Positions 1 to 12,441 of a stretch of DNA of 64,000 bases are shown here, in pieces. Source of the stretch: Camelus ferus. Its lineage: Eukaryota. Made by a program: the position numbers and the translations under genes. The stretch's first letter is position 1. Each line of letters opens with the position of its first letter. The stretch spans positions 12,154,001 to 12,218,000 of the forward strand of contig NC_045698.1 in assembly GCF_009834535.1 (NCBI RefSeq), given 5' to 3'. The notes under the pieces are model-generated. The model saw only the letters and a list, made by a program, of their open reading frames with translations. It did not search any database and was not told where the DNA came from.

Positions 1-464
1 TGGCCTCGTCCTGCAGTGTGGTGTAGCCTTTGTCTTTGAGCACTGGGAAAAGGGAAACAAACACAAGTCACGTGAGGGGCTCGGGGAAGGTGTCATCCGA
101 GCAGCAGACCAGAGGAAGGAATGAGGACGAGAGCTAGGCCGTGATGCAGCACCCACCACGTGTCCCGGGAACCCCGAATCAGCTGTATGGAGGTGGGCAA
201 GGAACTGAACGATTTCACTGTGCAAAATGCTTAAAAGCTTGTCTGTTGCCAGACAGGGTCCACACTTGGAAGGCAAGACGATGGTTAGGATCTGGTTCTC
301 TGGGAAGCTAAGGCTACTCTGAGCTCACGGGCAGCGCTGGCACTTTCTTTAATGCAACAACCCTGGCATCACCACAACCCACAGACGCGAATGTGACTGA
401 GCTCACGAGGTGACGGGGAAAGTGCACCCCAGTGTCCCGGGTCCGGGCGGAACTGGAGACTCAC

Positions 465-588
465 AGTTGAGGTTTATGTCTCCGTAGGGCAGGGGCAGGA
501 GCGGGGAGTGCAGGGGGTGGTGGGTGTGGCGCAGGATAGGGTTCCGCTTGTAAATCTGCTCCACCACGTCCGAGTTCAGGCAGTTCTC
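465..588 (-). CDS. MYO10: Myosin-X coding exon (~exon 34), lead-in to MyTH4: ENCLNSDVVEQIYKRNPILRHTHHPLHSPLLPLPYGDINLN(L)
   Basis: CAG acceptor, GTGAGT donor; 124 nt = 41 codons+1; the gene continues beyond the window start. Confidence 0.96.
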
Positions 589-2639
589 CTGGAGAATAAA
601 GGAGCCGTTAGAGAAAGGCCACGAGCTTATTGCAAAAGATGTACGGAAAGGAACAAGGCCACTGCATTCTCCTGCACGTGGATGTTTTTCACAAGTCACA
701 AAACATCAGTAGCCTAGGGATGGTGGGGGGACTAGATGGATTAATCCAGCATCAATCATTTCGACACCCAGAAGCCATGTTTGAAGACGAATCACACACA
801 TTTTCCTCACATAGCTCATTCCCTTTCTCTCGTACATTTGCATACATTTCCCCACATTATTGGAAAAAGTCTTTCCTCTGGAGATGATGTATATTCAAAA
901 AAGTTCATTTAAACATCTCTTGCTAATTATTTAGCCATGAATCGCTTGGCCACATCATATCATCCTTATCTATAATTCATTTTAAAAATACAGTTTGCTA
1001 GTTCTCTCACGGGTCTTCCGTATTCTCTGCCCGAAAACGACACATTAGTATCAGTTGAGACTGCTCGTCCATGAGCCTCCTTTCTCACTCCTGAAATTTG
1101 AGAGCTCCTTGCAGAGAATTTCATCATGTATTTAAGTTCTTAAAACATTAATGTGGGATCTGAAAAAGCCAAAGTCCCTTTTAGAACTTTAAATAAACAG
1201 AAAAGCTGGGGGAGAGGCGATGAGTCATTTTACTGCGGGAACTTCGCTTCCACTATGAAACTTATGCAGTAACACCCAATCGAAAACCAGGGAGAAAAAA
1301 GTCTAAATTAATTAAAAAACTAGTGCAGCCTTAATTAGGGCAACTTGTCTCATTTCTTAAGAAGCAATTGTTTCATATTTAAAAATTCTATTTATTCTTT
1401 TAATGTCTGATTTCCAATGAGTTAGTAAATAAAAGGGTAGATAAGATACAGCTTTGAAGAGAAAGTGTGCTCAGCTGGTATGTGCTGTTTTCTCTCCCTT
1501 CGCACAAGAAAGCTTCGGAAAAATTAATTTGAGACTAGAAATGACATTATTAGTTTCAAGTGCCCCGGGTTCCATGGACAGCTCTGCGGTTTGTAGGAGA
1601 ACTGACTTGCTGGAATTTGGCTCCAAATACCCAGAAAATGTATCATTTTGGAATTAAGAGGCTGACTTGAATTTGGTGGGAAATCATACACTCCTGATCT
1701 ATTAGACCCTCCCCGCCTTTACAAAGGCGCAGTTTACCTCCTGGATCCGATTAGTTAACTTTCTTTGATGTACGTCAGTCAATAAACACCCGCCTCACTA
1801 CCATTCTGGCGTCCCTTCTGTCACAGCTCCAGCTTTTTCCTCTGTGTAGGGAACCTGCCGACGCAGGTAACTTGGAGGAACAGCAGTAAAAATAATCCCC
1901 TCCACCTGCTTCCGCATCAGGGCCGGACCTGCCGTGTGTGCAGCGCACCCAGAAAGCCCCGTGTCTCTGTTTCCACCCCTGGAGAACGAGCGCGATGACC
2001 CTGGTTCGCGGCCGCCGTCTAATCGTTCGTTTGTTTGCTCAGTCATTCAACAAACACTTACTGAGCAACTGATCTTTATAAACAGGAAATTACAATTTAA
2101 TAAAGTCAATGTTGGTCCAGAGCTCTGGGGGCTTCTGCCAGTTTAGAGGCACCTGATGAGGACTCCATGTTTCCTAGACCAACCTGGGCTCTCTGCAAAC
2201 CTACCTGTGTGGTCTAGAAAGCACAGAGTAAAAGCAGAACTACTGTGTTCCTCCTAGAAGGTACCCCAACCTGGGCTCAAGAAGAGCCTGTGACACAGCA
2301 GGTCATCCCCAACACAGATCGCACCACATCCCTGTGATGGGGAGCCCCACACCCCAACTGTAGACCCCTGTCCTCTGCCCGCACAGCCCAACAATCGCGG
2401 CTGCCTCAGTGGCAACATCTAACACCTCCCCAGAGGCAAGATATTTCTAGCATCCAGTGTCACCTGCAGTCCAGCACTTAGATTTTTAAAAGCCGGGATA
2501 CACAAAGACAGAGTTAATGAAGAGTTAGTTTTGATTACAGGAAGAAAACGAAGCCTGACTAATGCTGACATCATGATGTTCCAAGGGTGAGAGTCGGTGA
2601 GCGGCTATGAACCACCCCGGGGAGCTGGGCTCCTCTCAC

Positions 2640-2797
2640 CTTGATATCCTGAATCAGCTGCTGGGTAGGGGTGTCAATCGGGGCCTTGGCGTCGGTCACG
2701 TTTTGAATGGCGCTGGACCACCTGGTGGCCTCGTTGAGCAGCTTGGTGTAGAGTCGGTAGCAGTGCTTGCGTCCGTACACGGTGACATTCCAGTAGC
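2640..2797 (-). CDS. MYO10: Myosin-X coding exon (~exon 33), end of PH3
   Basis: YWNVTVYGRKHCYRLYTKLLNEATRWSSAIQ...QDIK; CAG acceptor, GTGAG donor; 158 nt = 2+52 codons. Confidence 0.96.
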
Positions 2798-3793
2798 CTG
2801 CGAGAGTGGTGCACACATACACACACATGCCAGCCTTAGCCTTGGGGACCAAGAGGCGTTCCTGTACTGGGGTCCCAGAACGCCAGTGCCCATGTCATCT
2901 CCACCTGAGCCCCTTTATTATTTAATTCAACAGCTACTTGCTGACTTCCTCCACGTGCCAGCCCTGCATCAGGTAGCCAAAGACATGTGGAGTTTACACT
3001 TGAGAGGGAAAGACAAACATTAAAATGATAAGCCCAGAATTAAATCTATAACTAACATCTGCTTTAAAAGAACGACCAGGTATAAACTAAAGTCCTGTTC
3101 AAGGTTCTGGAACAAGAGTGAAAACTCTTCCTTCAGATTTCTGACTCTCCTTTTCCCTTCCTGTCTCTTCTCTTCCTTCCTTAAGAGTCTCCCTTCAAAG
3201 GAGACTCCCGTCTGTGCAAAGCAAGCCGTCTCTGTGTTCAGAGACCAGCTGTGAGATGGAATGATGTGACTATATTAAAAACTGCACGAATTTCTTTTTG
3301 AATGGACTATGTTAAAAAAAGCACACAATTACAGCTAGCGACAAAAATCAAAACAAACAATCTAGAAACACCTTTTATAATAACAAAGGGAAAAAACACG
3401 AAGCTTAGACTGCTTTTTATTCTACTGGGTTACGGTCACTGTCAGGATGACCTTTTTCAGGCTCCATTAGGACACTTGTGGTACAACATTGAGAAAGACA
3501 AAGGCACAGCATAGAAAAATAACGCTTGGGGGAAAACCTTAGTCTGTTGATATTTTATTGCCCTTACAAGAATCTCTCTGCAACTCAATAAATCAAGACC
3601 TCCTTCCTACAGTTTACACACCAAGTGCTCATAGAGCTAACCACGAAGCAAGAAGATAAATCCCCCTGTGGCGAAAGATGCACATGCTCCAGGCAGAAAT
3701 CCTGCTCCTTTGCTCTGAGCAAACCTGGACCCCCTATGCTTGGATGGGGCAAGCCTCGGGCCCAGCCAGTCCTGAGCACAGCGCCCTGCTTAC

Positions 3794-3988
3794 CGGTCTC
3801 TTTGAAGATCTTCTCGTCCGGAGGGACGACTGAACAGAGGCTGTTGAGGACCAGGGTGCCCAGTTTCAGGGCGTTCTTCTCCGAGCTCTTGTAGTAATCC
3901 AAGGAGTTGTGGGTGAGCACAAACCACCGCTTCTTCAGTTTCAGGGAAGACATCTTCGGGCTGTTTTTCACTTCTTTGTGCAACCACC
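3794..3988 (-). CDS. MYO10: Myosin-X coding exon (~exon 32), PH3
   Basis: GWLHKEVKNSPKMSSLKLKKRWFVLTHNSLDYYK; CAG acceptor, GTAAGC donor; 195 nt = 2+64 codons+1. Confidence 0.97.
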
Positions 3989-4142
3989 CTGGAGAGAGAG
4001 ATGAAAGGGTACATTCAAAACTAGGAAGAAAAGCATCACCAACCAGGTAATAATTTACGCAATGCTTGTAGTTACATTTGCTAGGAATGGCCACCGGTCA
4101 TTTCGTATTTGACGATTTTTAACAATTTTAAGAATCAAAATT

Positions 4143-4309
4143 GGGGGGGGGAGGATATTAGCTCAGTGGTAGAGTGCGTGCTTAGCATGCACAAGGTCCT
4201 GGGTTCCATCCCCAATACCTCCATTTAAAGAATAAATAAGCAAGCCTGATTACCTCCTCCTTAAAAAAAACAAAAAAACCCACACTATTGAATTAAAAAA
4301 AAAAAAAAA
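4143..4309 (+). mobile_element. tRNA-Ala-derived SINE (Vic-1-like, camelid)
   Basis: TAGCTCAGTGGTAGAG A box, GGTTCCATCCC B-box variant, A-rich spacer, ATTACC tail motif, poly(A). Confidence 0.85.
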
Positions 4310-4412
4310 GAATAAAAATGACCCAGAAAAGTGGCTCAAAATGGAACCACAGCAGATATCCGTGGAGATGGAGATAGGACCCCAAAAGGAAGAAGAGCCT
4401 CGGTGGCCTCAC

Positions 4413-4556
4413 CTCTCACTATAAACTCCTGGCCCTCCACTCTGGTGTCCCCCTTGGATCTCTGCAGCAGCGTTATCCAGTGGTGCATCTCCTCCGGCAG
4501 TGTCGGCGTTGCAGTGAAGCACCCGGTTGGCAGTGATGATCACGAATGAGTTGGGT
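4413..4556 (-). CDS. MYO10: Myosin-X coding exon (~exon 31), PH1-C, with an apparent +1 insertion at 4498/4499: PNSFVIITANRVLHCNADT [+1] PEEMHHWITLLQRSKGDTRVEGQEFIVR
   Basis: CAG acceptor, GAG|GTGAGG donor; 144 nt where the phases require 143; both halves match myosin-X but in different frames. Confidence 0.93.
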
Positions 4557-6258
4557 CTGAGGAACAGGGCGAGAAGGAAGCCAAACCTCAGCGCCGCCGA
4601 AGTCCTCACCTCTGCCTGAACCAAGACTAAATGCCTGTTTCCTGGCTTTTGGGTCACGGGGATAAAAAAATGGCAGGGCTATTTGGATTTTATGTGGAGG
4701 CAAACCTGGCTCATTTCTGCAGGATTTACTTTCTGCCTCATTAACCTTTCAACTTGGAGCCACATATTCTGAAGGTCCTGGAAGGGAAAACATTTCACTG
4801 CAAAACTTTCCAGATGACACGCGGTTCCGAGAAGGCTAAATAAGGTGACCGCAGGGGAAAATTTTTTTTTGATGCCTCTCCAAGGGAAATTTCTTTCTGC
4901 CTCTGGGTATGGCCTTGGATAATATTTCTGTGGGTTGGTAACGAAATGTCTGACACCAGTAACAGAAGATCAGTAAATAGGTGTAAGTGGAACATCTTAT
5001 ACACTTGATTATGTCTGGCTCAAAGAGCCACCTGGATCTGTTTTTTTTCAAAGCAATCTGATGAGAGTGCACTTCCCGATCGGGGATAACATAAAAATGG
5101 AAATTTACTTTCTCCAGCATCTCTTTGTATCTGGCAATGCCCTGAGTCTCTCGTAGGCCCTTGCTCAGACTAATTCCTAACCACTGAAGCTCGTGACAAC
5201 AACTTCTTGCAAGTTTTCAAACTGAAGTTAAGTGCTGCAAAAGTCCGAGGAAAAGGAAGATTAATAGGACTAGAGTGGGGACAGACAGGCGCTCCTTAAA
5301 AATAAAAACAAGATTTTTCTATAGTTGGGAAGGGAGAAAGGTGGGCACTTGAAGAGAGAAAAGCCTGGGGAAGGATGGAAAGCTCTCAGCAGGGATCACT
5401 ACCTGTCCGGTCTGCCAGCAGGAACGGGTTTAGGAGAAGAGCGAGGCAGATGGGAAATTGACTGTCAGAACAAAAACCTGGGCTTTGATTATTCACATGA
5501 CACACACGTGTTAAAAGGTTCCTGAGTCAGGTATAAGAAGGTACTGGGTGACTACAAGAAACAAAGAATCTATGGTTCAGAAGAGCCTTGTCAACAGTTG
5601 GCGTGACTCCCATCCAAACCAGGAGATACTATTTTTGTTGATCATTTGAATGTCTTTCTAAAGCTATGTTATTGAAGGCAGAAGTCAATTTCAATTCGAA
5701 CTCAGAATTCGTAAGCAGCAAAACAAAAACAGAGAGAATGATAAAGACAAGGGCCACTGGGTACCTGGACTCCTGAGACCATCGCCGAAAATGATTTGCC
5801 TTCAAAAAACAAAACCCCAAACATGCTCTTTTCAGAGCCCAGATAAAGTGGGCATGTCCAGGGAAACAAATGCTTGTGTTTTTGTTTATGAATACTCTGC
5901 ATATAAACTGCCATCAAAATCCTTTTCAAATTCATTATTCAAGTGTCGAAAGGGGAACCACACCCGCTCCCACGCTGGGATACAGGCATTTTCTTCCTGC
6001 ATGAAGCCCGAGTTCATTCCTGGATGACTGTCTAAATTAGGTTTCCATGGTCTGCCCCTGGCACTCCAGAGATCCCCAGAGAGGAAGATGATGTAGGAGG
6101 ATGTCAAGCCGGGTACCAAGAAGGAAGTCTCTGGTTCGCTGGGGTTCACCAGGTGGGAACATGCAGCCTAGAATCACTTCACACCCAGTGCACAGACGCC
6201 TGTGGGCACAGGCAGGTGATGAGGAGCCACTTTTGTGGAAAGTCTCATCTGAGCTTAC

Positions 6259-6314
6259 CTGTCGGGGCTGTCTGAGGCGCACACAGAATCGATCAGCCCT
6301 ACATCCAAAGTGCC
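6259..6314 (-). CDS. MYO10: Myosin-X coding exon (~exon 30), PH1-C: GTLDVGLIDSVCASDSPD(R)
   Basis: CAG acceptor, GTAAGC donor; 56 nt = 18 codons+2. Confidence 0.94.
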
Positions 6315-7027
6315 CTGGAAAAGAGCGAAAGCAGAGAAACTGAGAGAACCACTCAAGGACAGTGCACATCATGGTAACACCCCTAGATTACGACTCTGTA
6401 AACAGGCAAACAAAAAAGACTCCTTTTTGTGTCAACTGCAAAGTAATAGTTACTTTGGAAATGCCCCCCCGACTGTCACTTAGTACCAACGGCCTCTAGA
6501 CAGGGCAAAATACACTTCACTCATTAAGTAAATTGTAAATGAATCTGTCTTGTTCTTAAAATTCTTTCAGCAAAGGGTGTTTACGAACCTCTTTCAATCA
6601 TATGTATTTTCTGATTTACACTACGATCTACCATGAAATTTTATACTGATGAGAAAATAAAATTATTTCTAAAATAGATTTTGTGACTGTGTATGTGTCT
6701 GAGATGGCGTGATGACAGAAGATTATGATTTAGAATTCACTAAATCCTTTGAAGGAAAGTGTAATGTGCTTCCACAGTTTCATAAAGATTGGGATTTTTT
6801 TTTTTTTTGGCTCTTTGAATGGTTTGAGGTGGAAGAATTGTCATCTATTATGATTTATAATCTTCAGTAATTTACTCCATTTTTCTGCATGATCTTTAAC
6901 CAAAATATTCCTATTTCTGTCTTTAATTATTATGCTATTACTTCTTTTTTTAAAAAAATTGTCCAGATATTCCCGGTCCCCTCCCCCTCCTCGGGACGCC
7001 CTCTCCCCACCACCGATGCTCACGCAC

Positions 7028-7121
7028 CACAGCGTTTTGCGGGTTTGCCTGCTCATCGTGCATCTCCCGAATCTCCTGGTCCGTGGATGCGTGGACCTGA
7101 CTCAGCACGCTGAACCACTGG
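7028..7121 (-). CDS. MYO10: Myosin-X coding exon (~exon 29): (S)QWFSVLSQVHASTDQEIREMHDEQANPQNAV
   Basis: PH C-terminal helix Trp; CAG acceptor, GTGCGT donor; 94 nt = 1+31 codons. Confidence 0.95.
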
Positions 7122-8051
7122 CTGTGGGGAGGAGAGAGCGGCTGTCAAGAGTGGCTCACTTCTGCATGTGCGAAACAGTGACGCCTTTCTCCACGCTCTC
7201 TGGGAAAAGGACATCTCCTCTGGGCAGCTTTGCTTTTAAGTTGCCTACTCCTCATGGGTAACCTTGGATTTCATACGACCAAGGAGCAAAGTTAGAAGAA
7301 ACAGCCAAAGTTCCTTAAGGACCATTGGATGCAATTTCAGATCCATGGAAAAGCCTTTCCTCTGGCCCCACAGACCTTTACAGACACTTACTGATGATGA
7401 GTTCCCAGAGAAACTGGCAGCAAAAAAGGAAATCCTCAGTTCTGCCCCAAACACTTAGATCAAGGATCATTACTGAATATATTATACATAACCTATGGAA
7501 CATTCAAGTGTCTTTTCATTTTTTCAAAGTAAATGATCAGGTAAGAAGGCCAATACTGTAAGAGCTTCATCTCAGAATGACCCTGGATGTCCATTCTCCC
7601 GACCCATTGCCAGGATGGGGTTTCCAACCATGAGAGAGGATTTCTATTTAAGCGAATAAAACCTCAGGATAGCTGGAAATAGAAAACAATTTTCTGAAAC
7701 AGAAAGTAGAAAATTATTTGGCCCAGAGAACTCTTCTACCTTCATTTCAAATGAGTTTCCATACTTTCAGCCTCCTCAGAATCCCATAATAAACAAGAGC
7801 ATGTCAACTCTAGAAAAGTCAAGTGGAACAGAAGTCATGATGCAACTAGACACAATACATGCTTGAGGAACATGACCATGAATTCCATCCACCCATCATT
7901 TCATCTATACATTTAAGAGACTGTAACAAGTGAGAGGTACCAAGTGTGAGAGAGATGCTAGGGCTCTGTCTCTGGTAGGGGGCTGATCAGACATATATAC
8001 ACAAAAACTCCTGTAACTGAGGCAGAGGAAAAAGTACTTGGTATATAACAG

Positions 8052-8119
8052 GGTACTTAAGTAACAAGGTAATACCTATATATAAAGGTATTTAAGTAAA
8101 GAGGTAATACCTATATATA
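8052..8119. repeat. Tandem duplication, ~35-nt period, AT-rich
   Basis: GGTA(C/T)TTAAGTAA..AGGTAATACCTATATATA twice. Confidence 0.85.
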
Positions 8120-9339
8120 CATATATATAAAAGATAAGTCGTGTAAGTTATTTATAGCAAAGCAAAAAAATCTACCTCCTGTAATTCCTGCATGAGAAAG
8201 ATGTGACCAAGAGTTTGAAAATACTCAACATACACTGACTCAAACAGAAACCAAGGGAAACATCTTAATATGAATTTGTTCATCAATTCTGATTAATCCA
8301 AAGGCAAGACTTCAGTCATTGCTTTATAAAGCTTAAAAATATCCCAAATGGAACACTGAACAACACACACATTCAGAATGCAGGCCACTTGGGACGGGAC
8401 ACACAAATGAATAAAACTGGCTTTGCTTTCCATCTGCCCAGGTGACCCCCTAAATCTACATCTCTCTCCTCCTGAATCAAGTACAGCTCAGAATCTGAAA
8501 AGGGAGTTTTAAAAATGTGTTCCAATTGAATTTCTTTGCTGTACCCCAGAAATGAACACCACACTGTAAACTGACTATACTTCAATTAAAAATTAAAATT
8601 TGAAAAAAAAAAAAGTGTTCCACTGGCCGGGGCAAAAAGTCCTTGGCTAAAAGACTCCAAATGTTAAATTTTGCAGGTTGATTATGGCACAATACAGACA
8701 GGACAGCTGCCAAACGCTGGGCCTGTAATTCAACTGAAAAGCTGTGGGCATTCCCTGGACCGCAAAAAAACACACGTGGTCCCGAGGAGTCCCAGACGGA
8801 ATGATGGGGCTGTAATTCCAGGTTTGCTTGTTTTTCCAGTTTGTGTCATAATTTATGGATCCAAGCAGGGTTTTAGTCTGTTCCCATGGGAAGAATTATT
8901 TTCTTTGCCCTTAATGCTGCTACCATGGTGCTGTATCAACAGAAACATTCAAAGGGCAAAGAGTCATAAAGGCCCCCGAGAAACCACTAGAAGATTCTAA
9001 TTTCTGAGCTGTGAAGTGAAGAACACAGGCAGAGGGGTGCCACCCTCATAAATCGGAAGGTGTCCTCTGGCACTGCGCACAGTGGATGACAGGCACCTCC
9101 AGTGTAACCCTACAGACTCAAGCAGCAGCAGGGACAGATGACAGATGCTCCACTGTCTGACCCCGTTCTCTGGAATTCTGTGCCACTTCTCAGCACCACG
9201 ATGGAAACTGAGGTCGGAAGAACTTACATAACTTGCCCCAGCCGGTGAGGGACACCGTTGTCCTTGGAGCTCAAATATTTAAGCTCCTTAAGGAACCTAA
9301 GACGCTTTGTGCCTCCGTTCACTAGAATTGAGCTTGCAT

Positions 9340-9515
9340 TCCTTTATGAGTTATACCACCTTTTCTCTGTATCTCAGTCTCCTACTCTGTAAATTTGGAT
9401 AACAGCAGTAATACTACTACCCTGGGGGGTGGTTGTCGGAATTAAATGAGTTCATATATGGGAAGCATTTTAGAACACTGCCTGAGACAGAGAGTGAGTT
9501 CCCTAAGTGTTAACT
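9340..9515 (+). mobile_element. MIR SINE fragment
   Basis: CTCAGTCTCCTACTCTGTAAA...GAATTAAATGAG...TTAGAACACTGCCTG. Confidence 0.65.
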
Positions 9516-10015
9516 TGCTCTTTTAACCAACTGAATTCTTCAGTATCAAGACCTTAAGTGCCCTCCAAATGCCACAACACCAGCATATATTTAAACAGCC
9601 GGTGGTGAATGTTCCTGCTTTTTTAACCCTTATGCAAACAGAAGCTGCTCTCTTTCAAAGCTCAGAAGCTTCCCACGGGCGGCTTTCAGCTGCGTGTGGC
9701 TGCCCAGTTTATATATGCTGCTAGTGACAATAAAACCTGAATGGAAGTAACAAGCAGTCTGTCCAGGGGCATCGAAGCTGGAAATCTGGGTGCTTACTGT
9801 ATTGGATGCATTTGCCCAGTGAAAGACTGCCCAGGAGACAAGCACATCGATCTCTGACGACTCTCCGTTCTTCGACCATCCTAACAGAAATACCCGACTA
9901 GAAAATCGACTGAAACCTTTTCAGAGCTGGCAGGCTGGACAGTGATCTGTGTGACACCCAGGCTGCAGAGGAGTGAGGACGGAGTTCTGACAAAATCCCC
10001 AGCACAGCGCCTCAC

Positions 10016-10111
10016 CTGGCGTCTTCAGGGGACTCAGCAATCAGGTGGAAGGTCCGATCAGCCATGATGATGTCAATGCCGTTCTCTTTGCTGGTGTTAT
10101 CTACGATCTCC
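10016..10111 (-). CDS. MYO10: Myosin-X coding exon (~exon 28), PH2: (K)EIVDNTSKENGIDIIMADRTFHLIAESPEDA(S)
   Basis: CAG acceptor, GTGAG donor; 96 nt = 1+31 codons+2. Confidence 0.95.
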
Positions 10112-11638
10112 CTGCAAAGGAACACGGGCACCAAACGCCAGTCAGGAACACAGAATTCTTAACAAGGGGTGGGGAAAGAAATGTCACAAAACTGACGATC
10201 GAGGTGGAAACTATAACTGAAAAATCAGATACCGAAGCTCTAGAGTGGATTTTTTGCTTTTAGAAATGGTGAAGATCTCTGTGGCCCTGGGGGGAGCCAG
10301 GCTCCTCTCTGCTCCTGAAAGGGGGGGCTGCTGGGTGTGTGTGAGGGAGTCCTTGACTTTTCTAGGGAGGGGCCTCTCTCTCTCCCCACTGGCCCACCCT
10401 AGCCCCACCCCAGCTCAGGCCCTAGCGCCATGGCTCCTGCTGTGCGCGCCCCTCCCCTGACTCAGTCCTCTAACCAGAAAGCGCCCCCCCCCCCCAAGGC
10501 AGCCAGTCCGGCCTGCGCCCCTTCCCTGGTTCATCACAGCTTCCCATCAAGGTCTCAGGCATCTGCGGACACCTTTGACTCAACCTGCTACAGGCATATT
10601 CATTATTTCCATTAGGGGATTTGGGGTGAAAAGCAGGATTTGGGTGTGTCTAGATCTCCATTCCATCCTATCTCCTCCTAACACTCTCTGAGCAACACTG
10701 GAGATTTAAAATCAGTGCATGACATTAACACAATCAGGGTAAAACCCAAGCAGTGGTTAGGATCGGACCAGAGGTGGTGACAGAGCTGATGAAGGACGGT
10801 GCTGGGGACAGAGCCAGCTGGCTTTGACAGCTGAAGCAGTACGACTATTCATGGTAAAATACTTATTCCACATCTAAAATAATAAGCAGCCAGGTTCGAA
10901 AATAAATTCTCATATGACATTTTAGCTAGAATCACTGAGATGAGATAAAATACCTTATAAAAACCAAGAAGATCAGGATTCAAGGAGGAGTCTAATAATG
11001 CCTTCCTGGAGCAGGAGAGGTGACCCCAATGGGGAGAGATCACCCAGGTATCTGGCACTGGAGCCACTGGGAGAGGACAATAATCTCAGGGGAAAATTGT
11101 CCAGACAATGTTATCCTGGACCAGCCACTTTGCCTCCCAGGAACTCAGTGGCCTTAAGTGTAAAATGAGGGGGTGAGACTATGATGGAGCTGTAAGGCCG
11201 TGGTTCTGAACCACAGAGGTCCATCAGGATCCTGGGAAACATTCAGAAAACCCAGGTGGGACTTTTTAGGGTGGAGCCCAGGGACTGACATTTAGAAAAA
11301 GCTCCCCTGGAGACAGGGGTGTGATGATACTGTCCTGGCCTTGATAAACGCAGTCTGGAAGCTACAGGATAAATAAACGACGTAGCATCTTCAATAATAG
11401 ATGGTCAGTGGAAGAAAGGATAAAGGAGAAGTACATAAATTTAAAAAGATTTGAGAGATCTATCAATCAGTTAAAAATTATAAACCTTATTTGGATTCTG
11501 ATTTGAAGAAATAAACCAACTCAAGTCTACAAGGACACTACAACCTCCAGTTATAAGAAAACTGGGGAAATCTGAGCAATGACTGGAGTTTGGATGTTAT
11601 AAGCAGTTCATGTTCCTTTTTAAATATTATAATGAGCA

Positions 11639-11749
11639 AGGAGGGTGTAGCTCAGTGGTAGAGTGCATGCCTAGCATGCATGAGGTCCTGGGTTCAATCC
11701 CCAGTCCCTCCATTAAAAAATAAACTTAATTACCCCCTCCCCACCAAAA
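11639..11749 (+). mobile_element. tRNA-Ala-derived SINE (Vic-1-like)
   Basis: A box, GGTTCAATCCC B box, AAACTTAATTACC tail shared with other copies. Confidence 0.85.
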
Positions 11750-12334
11750 GTGTCATAATGATACTGTGATTATGTATTAAAGAGAGTCTTAATCTTTAAG
11801 TACGCACTAAATATTTACAAATGAAATTATATGATGTCAGGACTTGCTTTTAAAAAAATGTGATTTGTAGGGGGAGCAGTGCAGAGTGGGCTCACGAACA
11901 AAACATGACTGAAAGCTGGGCAATGAGCACACGGATTTCATTCTGGTCTCCCATCTACACTTGCACAGGATTGAAATTTTCTATTTAATAAGACGTTTCA
12001 AAATATAAAATAACAAAAAAAAACTTACTGTGATGAAACTTTAACAACTCACTGCCTTTCCTCTACAGAATGTGACCAACAGCTAACACTTCCTTACCTC
12101 TGTAATTTTTACAAAACACCTGGAGGACAGGGCTTTATTAAGCAGCACAGAGTAAGCAGCAAAAGGCACATACACGAAATTTACATGATGAAATTCAATA
12201 CCTTGCCTCTCTCTGTCTCTCAGCCTCCTGGCATTTGTGGCCCCCTCCTATGGGGTGAGTAAAGAGGACCATCACGGTGTGCAGGGTTGGGGGAACAGAG
12301 CTGTGCTAAGCCGTAAAAACATGTAGGACTCAGA

Positions 12335-12400
12335 CATGGAAACAATCTAAATGTCCGACAGAAGACTGTAATAAAAAAGCTGTGGTGTGTGTGTGTGAGT

Positions 12401-12441
<41 letters not shown>

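Noticed and set aside
4143..4225. tRNA-Ala gene calls (also at 11641, 42959, 62101)
   Set aside because: Shared non-tRNA tail, poly(A), TSDs and mismatched acceptor stems mark them as SINEs
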